Source: an uncultured bacterium (GTDB lineage Bacteria; Verrucomicrobiota; Verrucomicrobiia; Verrucomicrobiales; DEV007). From it: a DNA stretch of 64,000 nucleotides. The DNA is taken from assembly GCA_963977015.1 (NCBI GenBank), contig CAXBMO010000002.1:429853-493852 (forward strand), given 5' to 3'. This document shows, in pieces, positions 1 through 11,002 of this stretch. Position 1 is the first letter of the stretch, and every line of letters begins with the position of its first letter. The position numbers and the translations under genes were made by a program. The notes below the pieces were generated by a model. The model searched no databases and was not told the DNA's origin. It saw nothing but the letters and a program-made list of their open reading frames with translations.

Positions 1-2420
1 GCGTCGCCAAGTTCTTCGCGAACCTTTTTGCGAAGGCGGTCGCGGAAGATGGAGGAGAGCAGGCCAAGGCGACGGGTGCGCTGGATGTCGCTCATGTCAG
101 CCGTGGGCCAGTAGACGAGAACCATCGATTTGGGGATGGTGCTTTCGAATTCGAATTTCTTGGAATCGACGTCGGCCGGGAAGGCGACTTTGCGTTCCGC
201 TGCGTAGTCGGGTTTGGCCGCTTCGCGTTCCGGCAGGGTTCCGAAGGTGCGGGCCACGGCGTCGATTGCCGTATCGAGGTCAAAGTCGCCGACGACCGAG
301 ATTTCAAGGTAGGCGGAGTCGAGTTGAGGCTGCACCCAGGATTTGGCTTCGGCGGAATTTCGCTTGGCCATCTCGTCCCTTTCCGGGTAGCCAAACCGCG
401 GATCGTTGCCGTGCAGAAAGGCGGCGACTTCGTCAGCCATGACGCCGTTGGGGTCGTGTTTGAGCTGTTGATAGAGTTGATCAAGCGCTTTCTGGAACTG
501 GCGATCGCCCTCTTCACGATAACCGGCGTCCGTGACGTAGGCGCGCATCAGTTGCAGTTGGAGGAGAAGATCTTCCGGAGTGGTTTGGCCGGAGAGAGTG
601 AAGGCGTCTTCACTGGCGCTGAGACCCGCACCAACCGATTTCCCGGCAAGCAGGCGTTGCAGATCATCGGCGGAGTGAGCCTTGAGACCTCCCGCGCCAA
701 AGGCGTAGGCAACCATGCTGGACAGACCCGGCTTATCCAGAGGCATGGTGAGAAGTCCGCCACCAATCCGGGCGGTAATGCCAACGGTGTCATCCTCAAA
801 GTCGGTAACCTTGAAGTTGGCGCGAACGTTGTTGGCAAAGGTGATTTGGGTGATTTCGAGATCTTCAGCCACGCTGCGATCCGCGATTTCGCCTGGTTCA
901 CGATCCTGAGCATAGGCGAATTCGCCGAGATCTTCCTCCGCCGGTGGCTCGACAGCGATTTGCTGGCTTTCGGTGAACGCGGCAAGGACGGCATCTTTCC
1001 CGCCCTCGATTTCGAGATTGCCGCTGGCGTAGACCACCACGTTGCTGAGATCGCCCCAGATGGTGCGGAAGGTTTCCCAGATTTCCTTGGAAGTGATGCT
1101 GGCGAGAAGTGGCGTTACCCGTGCCAGATCATCATCGGGATGGGTGAAAACGCGCTCGCTGCCAATGCGCTCAACAATGCGGTCGGCAAGATCGCGGGAC
1201 TTGCGGGTAGCGGCCGACTTGGCCTGGTTTTCGAGCGCATTCTGGAGCTTGGCCTTGGCCTCATCCATCTCGGCTTCGGTAAATCCGAACTTCAGGGCGC
1301 GGCGGAGCTCCTGCTCGATCACGGCGAGTCCCTCATCCCAGTTTTCCGGCTTCGTCGTGGCGTCGATCGATGCGTAATCGACGAGATTGAGGTCAAAAAG
1401 ATCGCGCCGATTGTGAAATCCGCTGATCAGGGGCGAACCTTCCTGCTTCGCGACGATCTCGAGGCGACGGCCCATGATCATGTCGGCGAGACGGCTGCGA
1501 AGTTCGATCGCGCGGCGTTCATTGCTGTCGGCACCCAATTGCATCGGCTGCATCGTCTCGATGGAGACCTGGGTTTCGGTAGCTTCCTTGTCGCTGTGAT
1601 GGTGGCTGAGAACCCCGCGCTCGGCAACGGACCCAAAGTCGGGATCAGGAGCTGCGGTTTCGCTTTTGAAGTCCTGAAACGTCTCGACAATGTAGGTTTC
1701 GATCTCATCGGGATTGATGTCACCGACGACTACGACCGCCATCCGCTCGGGCGTGTACCATTGGTTGTAAAAGTCGACAAAACGCTGGCGCGGCGCATTG
1801 GAAATCACTTCCTCGGTGCCGATGGGAAGACGCTCACTGATTTTGTTCTCGGGCAGGGCGAATTCCACCCAATCGACAAACGAACGCCAGTTGGCCGAAT
1901 CCCGGCTGCGCTTTTCGCTGAGAATGACGCCCCGTTCCTTCTCGATCTCCTTTTCTCCGAACAAGAGACCATCGGCGTAATCGCGAAGCAGTTTGAAGCC
2001 GTCATCGAGGATTTTCTCGCTCGATTCGGGAAGCTCGAGTTTGTAGACGGTTTCCTTAAAGCTGGTATGCGCATTGGTGTGGGAGCCGAACGCCATGCCG
2101 AGGCGCTGAAAGTATTCGACCATCTCGCCAGCGGGGAAATTCTTGGTGCCGTTGAAGGCCATGTGCTCCAAAAAGTGGGCCAGCCCCTGCTGATCGTCTT
2201 CCTCCATCATGGAGCCCGCATCGACATAGAGACGCAGGCTGATTCGGTCGGGCGGCTCTTCGTTGGGGAGAATCGCGTAACGCAGACCATTCTCGAGTTG
2301 GCCCCAGGTCACGTTTTCGTCGGGCTTGATGTCACTGGCTTCATGAACCCAGGTCGGAGCTTCCTGAGCTTGAGCGGTGAAGACGAGGAAAAGGGGTGCG
2401 AGCAAACGCGGGATTTTCAT
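1..2420 (-). CDS. M16 (insulinase/PqqL-like) zinc protease, secreted; 3' end runs off the window
   Basis: Not in the ORF track because there is no stop inside the window. Manual translation from ATG at 2420 gives MKIPRLLAPLFLVFTAQAQE...GQLENGLRYAILPN...GLAHFLEHMAFNGT (inverted zincin HxxEH). The same frame reads DRLRKKVREELGD at positions 3-41, typical of the M16 C-terminal half. Confidence 0.92.
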   Translation of the reverse strand, partial: MKIPRLLAPLFLVFTAQAQEAPTWVHEASDIKPDENVTWGQLENGLRYAILPNEEPPDRISLRLYVDAGSMMEEDDQQGLAHFLEHMAFNGTKNFPAGEMVEYFQRLGMAFGSHTNAHTSFKETVYKLELPESSEKILDDGFKLLRDYADGLLFGEKEIEKERGVILSEKRSRDSANWRSFVDWVEFALPENKISERLPIGTEEVISNAPRQRFVDFYNQWYTPERMAVVVVGDINPDEIETYIVETFQDFKSETAAPDPDFGSVAERGVLSHHHSDKEATETQVSIETMQPMQLGADSNERRAIELRSRLADMIMGRRLEIVAKQEGSPLISGFHNRRDLFDLNLVDYASIDATTKPENWDEGLAVIEQELRRALKFGFTEAEMDEAKAKLQNALENQAKSAATRKSRDLADRIVERIGSERVFTHPDDDLARVTPLLASITSKEIWETFRTIWGDLSNVVVYASGNLEIEGGKDAVLAAFTESQQIAVEPPAEEDLGEFAYAQDREPGEIADRSVAEDLEITQITFANNVRANFKVTDFEDDTVGITARIGGGLLTMPLDKPGLSSMVAYAFGAGGLKAHSADDLQRLLAGKSVGAGLSASEDAFTLSGQTTPEDLLLQLQLMRAYVTDAGYREEGDRQFQKALDQLYQQLKHDPNGVMADEVAAFLHGNDPRFGYPERDEMAKRNSAEAKSWVQPQLDSAYLEISVVGDFDLDTAIDAVARTFGTLPEREAAKPDYAAERKVAFPADVDSKKFEFESTIPKSMVLVYWPTADMSDIQRTRRLGLLSSIFRDRLRKKVREELGD

Positions 2421-2535
2421 GCGGAATTCTGTAGTTGGGTTGTCTGGGTGAGTCAAATATGGACGATCCGAAAGGTCTGACGGTTCAAATAACCTTTTAG
2501 TTGCACCCAAGCCGTCCCTTGCTCCCCATTGAGAG

Positions 2536-3561
2536 ATGCATAAAAACCTCATTGCTTTCCTACTCTGTGGCGCGTTCGCCGCTTCAACCATGCCGGTGCG
2601 AGCCCACGAAGTCGCCGATCAAATGGCGGCGGCCGCGAACGATTTTCTGGCCAGTTTGGAGCCGGGGCAGCGGGAAAAGTGCACCTTTGACCTGAATGAC
2701 GAGGAGCGGACCAACTGGCATTTTGTTCCGGTTCCGCGGAAAGGACTTTCCATGCGCGAAATGGAGCCGGATCAGCGCCTGCTCGCTCACGGCCTCCTCA
2801 GCACGGGATTGAGCCACACGGGTTACCTGAAGGCGGTTCAAATCATGAGTCTGGAGCAGATTCTGTTTGAGATGGAAAACCAGGATCCCAAGCGCGACCC
2901 CGAGTATTATCTGGTTTGGATTTTTGGGACGCCAAGCGCCAAAGGCAATTGGGGCTGGCGCTTTGAAGGACACCACATGTCGCTCAACTTCACGGTTGTG
3001 AATGGAGAATTGATTTCGGAGACACCAGCCTTCTGGGCCTCCAACCCAGGCAAGGTTCCGGAAGGAATGCCGCGGGCCGGATTGCGCGTTTTGGCGGGAG
3101 AAGAAGACCTCGCCCGTGACTTGGTCAAATCACTGACCGATGACCAAAAGGCGCAAGCCGTCATCGCCGATCAGGCCCCGAAGGATATCCTCACCAAAGA
3201 CCTGCCGAAGGTTGATCCTCTTGAGGACAAGGGAATTGCCTACAGCGCGCTTGATGAAGCGCAGCAGAAGAAATTCTGGGCGGTCGTCGACGAGTATCTC
3301 GGCAATCACCGCGATGAACTCGCCGCCGAGGAACGGGAGCGGGTTGAGAACGAACTCGACTCCGTGAAATTCGCCTGGGCCGGCGGATTCGAGTTTGGCG
3401 AAGGTCATTACTACTACATCCAGGGCAAGACCTTCCTGCTGGAATACTGCAACATCCAAAACGGCGGCATGCACCCTCATGCTGCGTGGCGGAATTTTGG
3501 CGAAGACTTCGGCGTGGATCTGCTGCGCGCCCACATGAAGACTGCGCATTTGAGCGAGTAG
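2536..3561 (+). CDS. DUF3500-domain secreted protein
   Basis: Signal peptide; motifs ERTNWHFVP, WGWRFEGHHMSLN, HYYYIQG..LLEY.N, HPHAAWR..DFG recognised as DUF3500. Confidence 0.8.
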   Translation: MHKNLIAFLLCGAFAASTMPVRAHEVADQMAAAANDFLASLEPGQREKCTFDLNDEERTNWHFVPVPRKGLSMREMEPDQRLLAHGLLSTGLSHTGYLKAVQIMSLEQILFEMENQDPKRDPEYYLVWIFGTPSAKGNWGWRFEGHHMSLNFTVVNGELISETPAFWASNPGKVPEGMPRAGLRVLAGEEDLARDLVKSLTDDQKAQAVIADQAPKDILTKDLPKVDPLEDKGIAYSALDEAQQKKFWAVVDEYLGNHRDELAAEERERVENELDSVKFAWAGGFEFGEGHYYYIQGKTFLLEYCNIQNGGMHPHAAWRNFGEDFGVDLLRAHMKTAHLSE

Positions 3562-3625
3562 TCCACGTATCAACAGCCCTTGATTGGCTTTACATTTTCT
3601 CCACGGCTTCGTATTCCATGGAGTT

Positions 3626-5011
3626 ATGAAAGAGAAGCTCGCGTTCGCCGGGACAGCCTTCCTCCTGTGTTTATTGATTCTCCCAACCAGGGGTGACGAG
3701 CAAGAGCGCAAATGGCGCACCCCTGAAGGGCGATTTTGGGTCGGCACCCTGGTGGACGTGAACGGCGATCGAATCTCCCTTCGAATGCCGGATGGAACGC
3801 AGGGGAACATTTCCTTGGCAAAGTTGGGCGAGCCGGATCAACGCTACATCGCAAGGTACGTCGCGGAAAAGGCGGAAGCTGCGGAACTCGGTCCTGAACA
3901 GATTGCCCAGGAAAAGAAACTGGCGGCAACGCTTTCTGAAGGGCCTCGCAATTGGACCAGTTCCGATGGAAAAGCGATTCAGGGACAATTGGAGGGGTTT
4001 GATGGTTCGACCGTCCAGCTGCGAACCCCGCGAGGTGTTTTCAAATTTCCGGCCGACCGGCTCAGCCCTCTGGATCAACGGTTACTGCGTCGCTGGGTCG
4101 AGGATCAACCGGTTCAAGTCGGAGAATGGCCGGATTTCGTCGAAGCGCCGGACAACATGGAGATCGAGTTTGTCGATGGCGGCGTGGAAGGCTGGGAATT
4201 CGTCTATCGCAGCTCCCATTTTGAATTTCGAACCACAACGCGCCTTTCCATCAGCGTCGTTCGGGAATTCGCCAGAATCTTCGAGGCGACCTTCGAAGTG
4301 GTGAAAGCACTGCCCGTAGGCTTCAACCCCAAACCGCGTGAAGGCGGCTATTTCCTCACGGAACTCTACGAAACCCGCAACCAATACTACGCCGCAGGTG
4401 GTCCGGCAGGAAGCGGAGGCGTGTTCATGGGTGGCGCAAACAAGATCATGATTCCGCTACCCAATTTGGGCGTCAAACAGGTTGGGAATCGCTGGATTCT
4501 CGAATCCGGCGCGGACAGCACCACGCTTCAGCACGAGATTACCCATCAGGTGACCTTTCGCTGGCTTTCCCAGTGGCCCGTCTGGTTCATTGAAGGCTTG
4601 GCCGAATACATCTCCTCCGCCCGCTACAACAAAGGGCGCTACACTCTCAAAAACATGGCGGGCAACGTTGAGGACGCCATCATGAAATACCCGGTTGACG
4701 GAAATAGCTTCCCGATGGTGCCGGTCGAAACGCTCATGACGATGGATCACGGAACCTGGAGCGCGGCACTGACCGGAGGAGGCGCGACCTACAACTACCG
4801 GTCCTCCAACGCGCTCATGTTCTACTTCCTCCACCTCGATGGCGAAGGGGATGGATCAGGCGTCGCAACCTTTCTCCATGCCTTGAATCAAGGCGTCCCC
4901 TCTCGCACAGCCCTCGCCGAACACCTGCTCCGCGGTCGCGACTTCGCGGCGTTGAGCCAGGAAGTCGAGACGAAGCTCAAGCAGGAGGGAATCCGGATCG
5001 AGTATCGCTAA
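3626..5011 (+). CDS. Secreted protein with two SHD1-like domains and an HExxH metallopeptidase-like domain
   Basis: RKWRTPEGR and RNWTSSDGK...LSPLDQ SHD1-like repeats; QHEITHQ..WPVWFIEGLAEY zincin motif; start taken at ATG 3626. Confidence 0.7.
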   Translation: MKEKLAFAGTAFLLCLLILPTRGDEQERKWRTPEGRFWVGTLVDVNGDRISLRMPDGTQGNISLAKLGEPDQRYIARYVAEKAEAAELGPEQIAQEKKLAATLSEGPRNWTSSDGKAIQGQLEGFDGSTVQLRTPRGVFKFPADRLSPLDQRLLRRWVEDQPVQVGEWPDFVEAPDNMEIEFVDGGVEGWEFVYRSSHFEFRTTTRLSISVVREFARIFEATFEVVKALPVGFNPKPREGGYFLTELYETRNQYYAAGGPAGSGGVFMGGANKIMIPLPNLGVKQVGNRWILESGADSTTLQHEITHQVTFRWLSQWPVWFIEGLAEYISSARYNKGRYTLKNMAGNVEDAIMKYPVDGNSFPMVPVETLMTMDHGTWSAALTGGGATYNYRSSNALMFYFLHLDGEGDGSGVATFLHALNQGVPSRTALAEHLLRGRDFAALSQEVETKLKQEGIRIEYR

Positions 5012-5050
5012 CGCCCCCAAACACTATTGCGATCCAGCTCAATCGGAATG

Positions 5051-5806
5051 TTAGTGCGGCCACCTAGGAAGTTCTCTCGCGAGCTCAGAGGTTAGCTTTC
5101 GCGACTCAGCGACCATTTTCCCGCCATTAAAGACCTTTACCCAAATTCCACCCAGAGTTTCCTTGGTCCGATCAATATCTCGGTGAACCACCGATTGAAC
5201 TACAATGCCAGTATCCGCATCAACATAATCAGTTCTCCCTGAAACGTAATCTCTCCGGGTCGAATTTAGTTCAGCTGTCTTCGTTGTGAAACTTTGTCGT
5301 TTCCTTCCCTCAATCACCTTTGCCAAAAATCTGCCCGATTGAGCCTCAACGTCCCCATCGGCCGTCACGACATAAATCGCATATTGAACTGTCACGTTTT
5401 CAGCATCGAAGACGGTCGGATTCGATACATCGATTTGATAGTGTTTGAACGTTGACTTGGTCACGGTCTTCCCACGATTCGGGGAGCCTGATGAGGACGG
5501 AAACTTGGATATTCCACCCAATGTTTGCTTACCCGCTCCATCCCGTTCCCAAACTTGGGCGGTCAGCTTGACTGGAGGAGGATTCCTGGCCCATTTCTCG
5601 ATATAAATTTGGTCATCTTCAGAAAGCCCGGAAATCGGCCACTCAGCCATTTTTCCGTTGAGGGTCAGGAGCACATTGTCACCCCGAACCCCGGCAATTT
5701 CGGCTTCGATTTGTCGCCCGTTCAGATCGGTAAAGACTCTTCCAGAGACCGAAGTAGAGGATCCCAAAACCACTAGACTGATGATGAATACCTGCGATAT
5801 CGTCAT
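5051..5806 (-). CDS. Secreted SHD1-like domain protein
   Basis: Signal peptide followed by RVFTDLNGRQIEAEI...LSEDDQIYI. Confidence 0.65.
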   Translation of the reverse strand: MTISQVFIISLVVLGSSTSVSGRVFTDLNGRQIEAEIAGVRGDNVLLTLNGKMAEWPISGLSEDDQIYIEKWARNPPPVKLTAQVWERDGAGKQTLGGISKFPSSSGSPNRGKTVTKSTFKHYQIDVSNPTVFDAENVTVQYAIYVVTADGDVEAQSGRFLAKVIEGRKRQSFTTKTAELNSTRRDYVSGRTDYVDADTGIVVQSVVHRDIDRTKETLGGIWVKVFNGGKMVAESRKLTSELARELPRWPH

Positions 5807-5908
5807 TCGTTGAGCCTTAGCACCAAATCACAGCCTGCCAAGAAAAAATACCGTCACAATACAACCGACGCCCAGACAACCTCTGCGCAATTGGATTGAC
5901 CCCGCCAG

Positions 5909-5936
5909 TTGACCCGGTTTCGCCCCTGAGTATCAT
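5909..5936 (+). promoter_or_regulatory. Candidate sigma70 promoter of yebC
   Basis: TTGACC (5909-5914), 16 nt spacer, TATCAT (5931-5936), 10 nt before the ATG. Confidence 0.4.
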
Positions 5937-5946
5937 CTAACTACCT

Positions 5947-6657
5947 ATGGGAAGAGCTTTCGAATACCGCCGTAAAAGCAAGGAACAGCGATGGGACAAG
6001 ATGTCCAAGCTGTTCCCCAAGCTGGGGAAATCCATCACCATGGCCGCTCGCGAAGGCGGCTCGGACCCGGAGTCAAACTCCAAGCTGCGTCTCGCGATCA
6101 TGAACGCGAAGGCGGAGAACATGCCGAAGGACAACATCGAGGCGGCGATCAAGCGGGCGAGTGGCAAGGAAGGTGCCGACATCACCGAAATTGGCTACGA
6201 AGGCAAGGCCCCCCATGGCGTCATGATCATCATCGAGGCGGCAACCGACAACACGAACCGCACCGTCACGAATCTGCGAACCTATTTCAACAAATCCGGC
6301 GGCCAGCTTCTCGACTCCGGCTCGCTGCAATTCATGTTCGAGCGCAAATCCGTGGTCGAATTTCCGATTACCGACGAACTCAACATGGAGGAAGTGGAGC
6401 TGAGCCTGATGGACTGCGGCCTGGATGAGCTGGAGCAGAATGAAGGCGTCGGCTATGCCTATGGTGACGTCACGGATTTTGGCAATCTCACCAAAGGTGT
6501 CGAAGACCTGGGCCTGGAAATCAGCAAGGCCAGCCTGCAACAGATCCCCAACTCCCCGGTCGAACTGACCGACGAGCAAATGACGGAGATCGAAACCTTG
6601 CTCGACAAGATCGAGGACGACGAAGACGTGCAAGCCGTCTTCACCAATATTGCCTAA
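5947..6657 (+). CDS. yebC: YebC/PmpR family protein
   Basis: [52 protein letters not shown]. Confidence 0.95.
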   Translation: MGRAFEYRRKSKEQRWDKMSKLFPKLGKSITMAAREGGSDPESNSKLRLAIMNAKAENMPKDNIEAAIKRASGKEGADITEIGYEGKAPHGVMIIIEAATDNTNRTVTNLRTYFNKSGGQLLDSGSLQFMFERKSVVEFPITDELNMEEVELSLMDCGLDELEQNEGVGYAYGDVTDFGNLTKGVEDLGLEISKASLQQIPNSPVELTDEQMTEIETLLDKIEDDEDVQAVFTNIA

Positions 6658-9386
6658 CCACCGGCTTCCAACTCATACGTCACAATCTCGTTCCCCGTCA
6701 GGAGACGAAACTGACCGGCGACAGCCCCCTGAAGAACGGCGACCGGCTTCCCAACCGGGTTCGCCATACTGGCGGCAAGCTCGATCCCTTTCTTTTTGAT
6801 CGAGTAAACCTGGATGCGCGCTTCATCGACCACCGCGACGAACCCCGAACGCGTAAAGGCGATAAAAGGGTCGCGGCTCTCATGGGCAAAGAAGACGATG
6901 TCACGCCAGTTCCGGTCCCCCCAGATCAATCCCGCTCCAGCGGATAAGGCAACGGCCAAACGCGGAAGCGTGGCCGGCGAAGTCGGGACGAGGCGTTGAA
7001 TCGTTCCCGGCATCGGCAACCACTGGGTTTCATCCCCACGAAAATAAGCCAAGCGATTCGCCATCGCGAAAAACAGCCCCTTGCCACAGAGGGCCATGGG
7101 AATGACCATGCCGGATTGAATGACCGATTCTGCCGTCAATCCCGGAGGCATTGGCGTGAGATGATGGGAACTGGAGAGCTTTCCCACGTGATGCCGACGA
7201 TCGAGCACAAACTCGGCTTCGGTCAGGCGCAACTCCCAACGCCCCCCCAGCCCGTCCTGCGCCGCACCGACCACCTCCGGCTTGAGGGGATGAATTCCAA
7301 ACGGCTCCCTGGATTCGTACTGCTCGAACCCACGGGGTTCCAGTTCAAAGTCAAAGCGGCTCACCACCCGCACGCACGGTGTTCCACCGCTTGCGGGATG
7401 TTGATCCGGCACCAAGGCAACATCCTTCCACGCCACGTCCGGCCCGATCTGCGCGTAGCTTTCCGCCCCCTGCGCCGAGTGCTTGACCACATAAATCCCA
7501 CTATTCTCGCCGCTCATTTTTCCCACACCGACCAACCCATCGCCAAAGGCAATCGCCTCGCAACAATGGAACTCCGGCAACAAGCGTTTGCGCGATTTTT
7601 CCACCAGCTTCACCCGGTCAATTTTTCCCGGCACTGGCGCTGTCACGACTTCCTCCGTGGCGTTGGCTGCGCCAAACCGGCGTGCATCGCGCTTCAATAA
7701 ACGGTCGTTGTCGTCCAGTGAAGCGATAATCTTGGTTAGCGGCCTCGCATCCTCATTGGGCCAACGCTCCAACTGACGCCCCACCACCACCCGGGTCGAG
7801 TCGGCCGCCAGGTCGCGAAGCGCCTGACTCCAGCCCTCACGCGCCACATCCGCCATCACCTCGGCCAATCCCCGCGTGTCAGAGGGGCGAACCTCCGTGT
7901 CACGCAATGCAGCCAGCGACGCCAAGGCACGCTCCGATTCATCTGCGGCTTCACATAGCTGAAAATAGACCGACAACGCCTCCGTCGCCTCCCGGCTATA
8001 GGGCCAGGAGGCAAAGAGCAGGTCCAGCGCCCGGTCCGGATCCTCCAACTTTTCCGCAATCAGCTTGGCCGCCATGGTTGGGCGATCCAACGATTGCAGA
8101 GCGTTCACCGCACGTTCATAGGAATCCCCGGCCTCCTTCTCACGGCCCAACTCCCGATAGAGATCGCCCATCGTCTCATACTCCTGCAACTGATGGTAAA
8201 GCTGCAGCGCCTCCTCAAACAATCCGCCTTCCTTCAGGCATTCCGCAGCCATTCGCTGATCCTTGAGAAAGGTTCCATACAATTGCGCCGCCTCACGATA
8301 AGAGCCCCCCGACTTCAGCGTATTCGCCGCCGCCGCGTAGTCCCCCAGCAAACGTGCATAAATGTAGGCAGCCCGACGATAACGTCCCAAGGTAAGCTCT
8401 CGATTCGCGGCATCGCGGTAGGCCGTCATCAGGCGCCCGGTCTGTGCCCAATCCAGCGTCCACGGAGCCGCCGGCAGCCCTCCGTTCAGCTCATTCAAAT
8501 CAAAGTCGATCTTCCGCTCCCTCAACTTCGAATTCGGCGGCATGAAGCCCCTCGTCCCCTCCCCCCCAATCGGCAACGCAAACCGCAGCCCCTTGTCCGG
8601 ATCCTCTTCCAACCAATGCAATAACCGATCAATCTCCCGATTCTGCTTCTCCTGAAGGTTGGAGTTCGCCCAATCCTCCATCCGGTTGACCCACGTTGGA
8701 TCCTTGACCTTGTCCGACTCCGGAAATCGCCGGGCAAATCCCCGAACCGCCTCAAAGAACGACTCCCTCAACCCGCCGGAAGCCTTCGGCTCACCCTTGT
8801 ACTTGGGGATTCCCTCCCCAGCCTGCTCGCCAATATCTCCGCGCGACTCCCGCATCATCTCGACAAAGTCCGGCGGCGGCCCGCCAGCCCGAATCGTCAG
8901 TTTCTCCGGCAAAGGGAGCAATCCCGGATGCGCAAAGTTCCACAACTGACCGCGTTGCTCGGGTAACGAAATCAGATCCGCCATACGCACGGCATCCTCC
9001 GCCTCATAACCCACCAACCCCGTTCCCGGCAAAAACACCGTCACATCATGCAGAAAAAGGCTGGAAAACTCCCCTTCCGTCAACGGAAAGCGCAACTCCG
9101 CATTCGCCGGAACATACAAACGCCCCCCCAACAATCGATACGCCAGGGGACGCGGCATCATTTCCGTCACGGCAATCTTTCCGTTTGGCAGCGGCACGAA
9201 TAGCCCCGCCACCTCCCGCGACTTCGCCGATCGCGGAATCGGGAACAACGGCAGTTCCCCCACACCTGGAAACTCCATCGCGCACAACGTCCGCACCCAG
9301 GCCGAGGCATCCGTGCCCGGCAACAACCAGCCCTTCACCGGTCCCGGCTCGCCATGCGTTAGGCTCAGCGGAAACTCGATCGTCAT
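6654..9386 (-). CDS. TPR-rich protein resembling the bpX3-type component of MoxR-vWA-beta-propeller ternary conflict systems
   Basis: [23 protein letters not shown] and [32 protein letters not shown] followed by TPR-like helices and a beta-rich C-terminus; family call from memory of motifs. Confidence 0.6.
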   Translation of the reverse strand: MTIEFPLSLTHGEPGPVKGWLLPGTDASAWVRTLCAMEFPGVGELPLFPIPRSAKSREVAGLFVPLPNGKIAVTEMMPRPLAYRLLGGRLYVPANAELRFPLTEGEFSSLFLHDVTVFLPGTGLVGYEAEDAVRMADLISLPEQRGQLWNFAHPGLLPLPEKLTIRAGGPPPDFVEMMRESRGDIGEQAGEGIPKYKGEPKASGGLRESFFEAVRGFARRFPESDKVKDPTWVNRMEDWANSNLQEKQNREIDRLLHWLEEDPDKGLRFALPIGGEGTRGFMPPNSKLRERKIDFDLNELNGGLPAAPWTLDWAQTGRLMTAYRDAANRELTLGRYRRAAYIYARLLGDYAAAANTLKSGGSYREAAQLYGTFLKDQRMAAECLKEGGLFEEALQLYHQLQEYETMGDLYRELGREKEAGDSYERAVNALQSLDRPTMAAKLIAEKLEDPDRALDLLFASWPYSREATEALSVYFQLCEAADESERALASLAALRDTEVRPSDTRGLAEVMADVAREGWSQALRDLAADSTRVVVGRQLERWPNEDARPLTKIIASLDDNDRLLKRDARRFGAANATEEVVTAPVPGKIDRVKLVEKSRKRLLPEFHCCEAIAFGDGLVGVGKMSGENSGIYVVKHSAQGAESYAQIGPDVAWKDVALVPDQHPASGGTPCVRVVSRFDFELEPRGFEQYESREPFGIHPLKPEVVGAAQDGLGGRWELRLTEAEFVLDRRHHVGKLSSSHHLTPMPPGLTAESVIQSGMVIPMALCGKGLFFAMANRLAYFRGDETQWLPMPGTIQRLVPTSPATLPRLAVALSAGAGLIWGDRNWRDIVFFAHESRDPFIAFTRSGFVAVVDEARIQVYSIKKKGIELAASMANPVGKPVAVLQGAVAGQFRLLTGNEIVTYELEAGG

Positions 9387-9388
9387 GA

Positions 9389-9793
9389 TTAAGGATTCGG
9401 CTTCAAACGCTTCAGCCCCTCCAAATCCAGGGTAAACGTGGCAGGCCCCTTCACCTGATAGAGATCCTTCTTCAAAAGAATTTTCGTCTCAGCACTCTTC
9501 GCCACCAACTTCGCGCCCTTTGTCGTTACCGACGGCCAGCCGGAAAGCACCGCCGACTGCTCCGTCAAATTCACCGTCAACTTCTCCGCCTCCACCGTAA
9601 TCGGCTCCTGCTTCACCGTCCCCGTCACCAGCACATTCCCCTTCGCTTCCCCCAAATTCAAATCGATCTCATCCGCCACGATGGTGTAGCCAAACATCGT
9701 AAACGTCGGCCGGACGGGCTTTTCCTCCTCTTCCCCAAACGTAGAAAATACGGTAATCATCCAAACAAGGGGCATCATCCAATTCGATTTCAT
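9389..9793 (-). CDS. Small secreted hypothetical protein, LptA/OstA-like beta-jellyroll appearance
   Basis: Signal peptide; ADEI..GEAKGNVLV...ITVEAEKLTVNL..AVLSGWPSV pattern; 2 nt gap to the next gene. Confidence 0.55.
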   Translation of the reverse strand: MKSNWMMPLVWMITVFSTFGEEEEKPVRPTFTMFGYTIVADEIDLNLGEAKGNVLVTGTVKQEPITVEAEKLTVNLTEQSAVLSGWPSVTTKGAKLVAKSAETKILLKKDLYQVKGPATFTLDLEGLKRLKPNP

Positions 9794-9862
9794 GAGAAAG
9801 GGATACGCGATTCGGCAAGCGTTGGCAAGATCGTTGGGGGCACCGCCAAGACAACCCCACCT

Positions 9863-10990
9863 TCATCCCAACTCCCCCATCCATGCTCTTGGCAAATGTT
9901 CTTGCTCGATGCGTCGCCAGCCGTCTTTCGCCCAATCATACGCCTGGCGTTCCTCAGCGGTTAAGACCAACTCTTTGCGCCAACTCGATGGCTTGCCAAT
10001 GCGTTGGAGATGTTCGGGGACGCGTTCGATCGTGGCGCGATCCATCCAGATGCTTTGCACATGGGGAAAGAGTTTACGGAAGCTGGAGAGGATCTCGAAG
10101 CCTTGAACGTCGATGTCTCCCCAATAGCGAATCTCGCAGTTCTCCAGCCACTTGAGATAACGGAAGTTGGGAATGCGCTTGCCGTGCCCCATCAATCCCA
10201 GAGTTCCGGGAATGCTTGGCAACATTTGCAGGCTGGTGAGGTTTTCGACAACAAAGACGCGCGTTACCGGCCAATTGCACTCGGCAAGCCGAAGAAGGGG
10301 GAGCGAAAATTCCTCGTGTTTTTCTTCGCAGGCGGCTTGCAAGGCCGGGTCCAGGAAGCGCATCCGAATTGCGGGCTCGACCCAAGGGAGACCGAAGCGC
10401 CGGTTGAATTCGTGCTCTTCTCGATCCACGACGTCCTGCGGCAAAATCAAGTCAAGCAAAGGCGCTAGCTCGGATTGATGAGTCTCGACGAATTTGGTAT
10501 CGACGGAGAGTGGCAACTCTCTTGCATACAAGCCGGGGCGCGGATTGGAGCGGAAAAATTGGAGCACTTCGATGAGTCCATCCCAACACGGCTCAGCCTT
10601 CACAATCTTCGCCGGGTTGGAGGTGATCCACCCCTCGATCTCGGGAAAACTTTGCCGGAGTTGGGAGCAGCGGCTCACAAAGTTCGCATACTCCTCTTCT
10701 TTCCCTAGCCAACTGAGCAAGTCTTCCTGCGTCTCAAAAACGATCCGCTTCGGAAGACGATTCCCACCGTCGAGACGTCGCGCGATCCAATCAATGGTAT
10801 ATCCATCATCCCGCTGAAGCTTGGACTGGCGGCGCAGGGCTTCCAAGGCCTCGATCCGTTCGCTCAAGGGCTCATGGTCGGCGAACTTTTTTTGCCCACG
10901 AACCACCCAGGGAAACTCCGCCACCCCTTTCAAGATTTTAGTACGATAGAACCGCTCCGTTTTCTGATAAATCTCTTCCGGCGTGATCAT
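9863..10990 (-). CDS. jetD: Wadjet nuclease JetD (DUF3322 + Toprim DUF2220)
   Basis: LYARELPLSVDTKFVE, VFVVEN, YWGDIDVQG (DxD), RIEQE; last gene of a four-gene SMC operon. Confidence 0.92.
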   Translation of the reverse strand: MITPEEIYQKTERFYRTKILKGVAEFPWVVRGQKKFADHEPLSERIEALEALRRQSKLQRDDGYTIDWIARRLDGGNRLPKRIVFETQEDLLSWLGKEEEYANFVSRCSQLRQSFPEIEGWITSNPAKIVKAEPCWDGLIEVLQFFRSNPRPGLYARELPLSVDTKFVETHQSELAPLLDLILPQDVVDREEHEFNRRFGLPWVEPAIRMRFLDPALQAACEEKHEEFSLPLLRLAECNWPVTRVFVVENLTSLQMLPSIPGTLGLMGHGKRIPNFRYLKWLENCEIRYWGDIDVQGFEILSSFRKLFPHVQSIWMDRATIERVPEHLQRIGKPSSWRKELVLTAEERQAYDWAKDGWRRIEQEHLPRAWMGELG

Positions 10991-11002
10991 TGCGCGCTCA
11001 TC

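Noticed and set aside
324-2480. 718-aa plus-strand ORF
   Set aside because: Antisense shadow of the minus-strand M16 protease, which has a signal peptide and HxxEH; the plus-strand translation has no recognisable motifs
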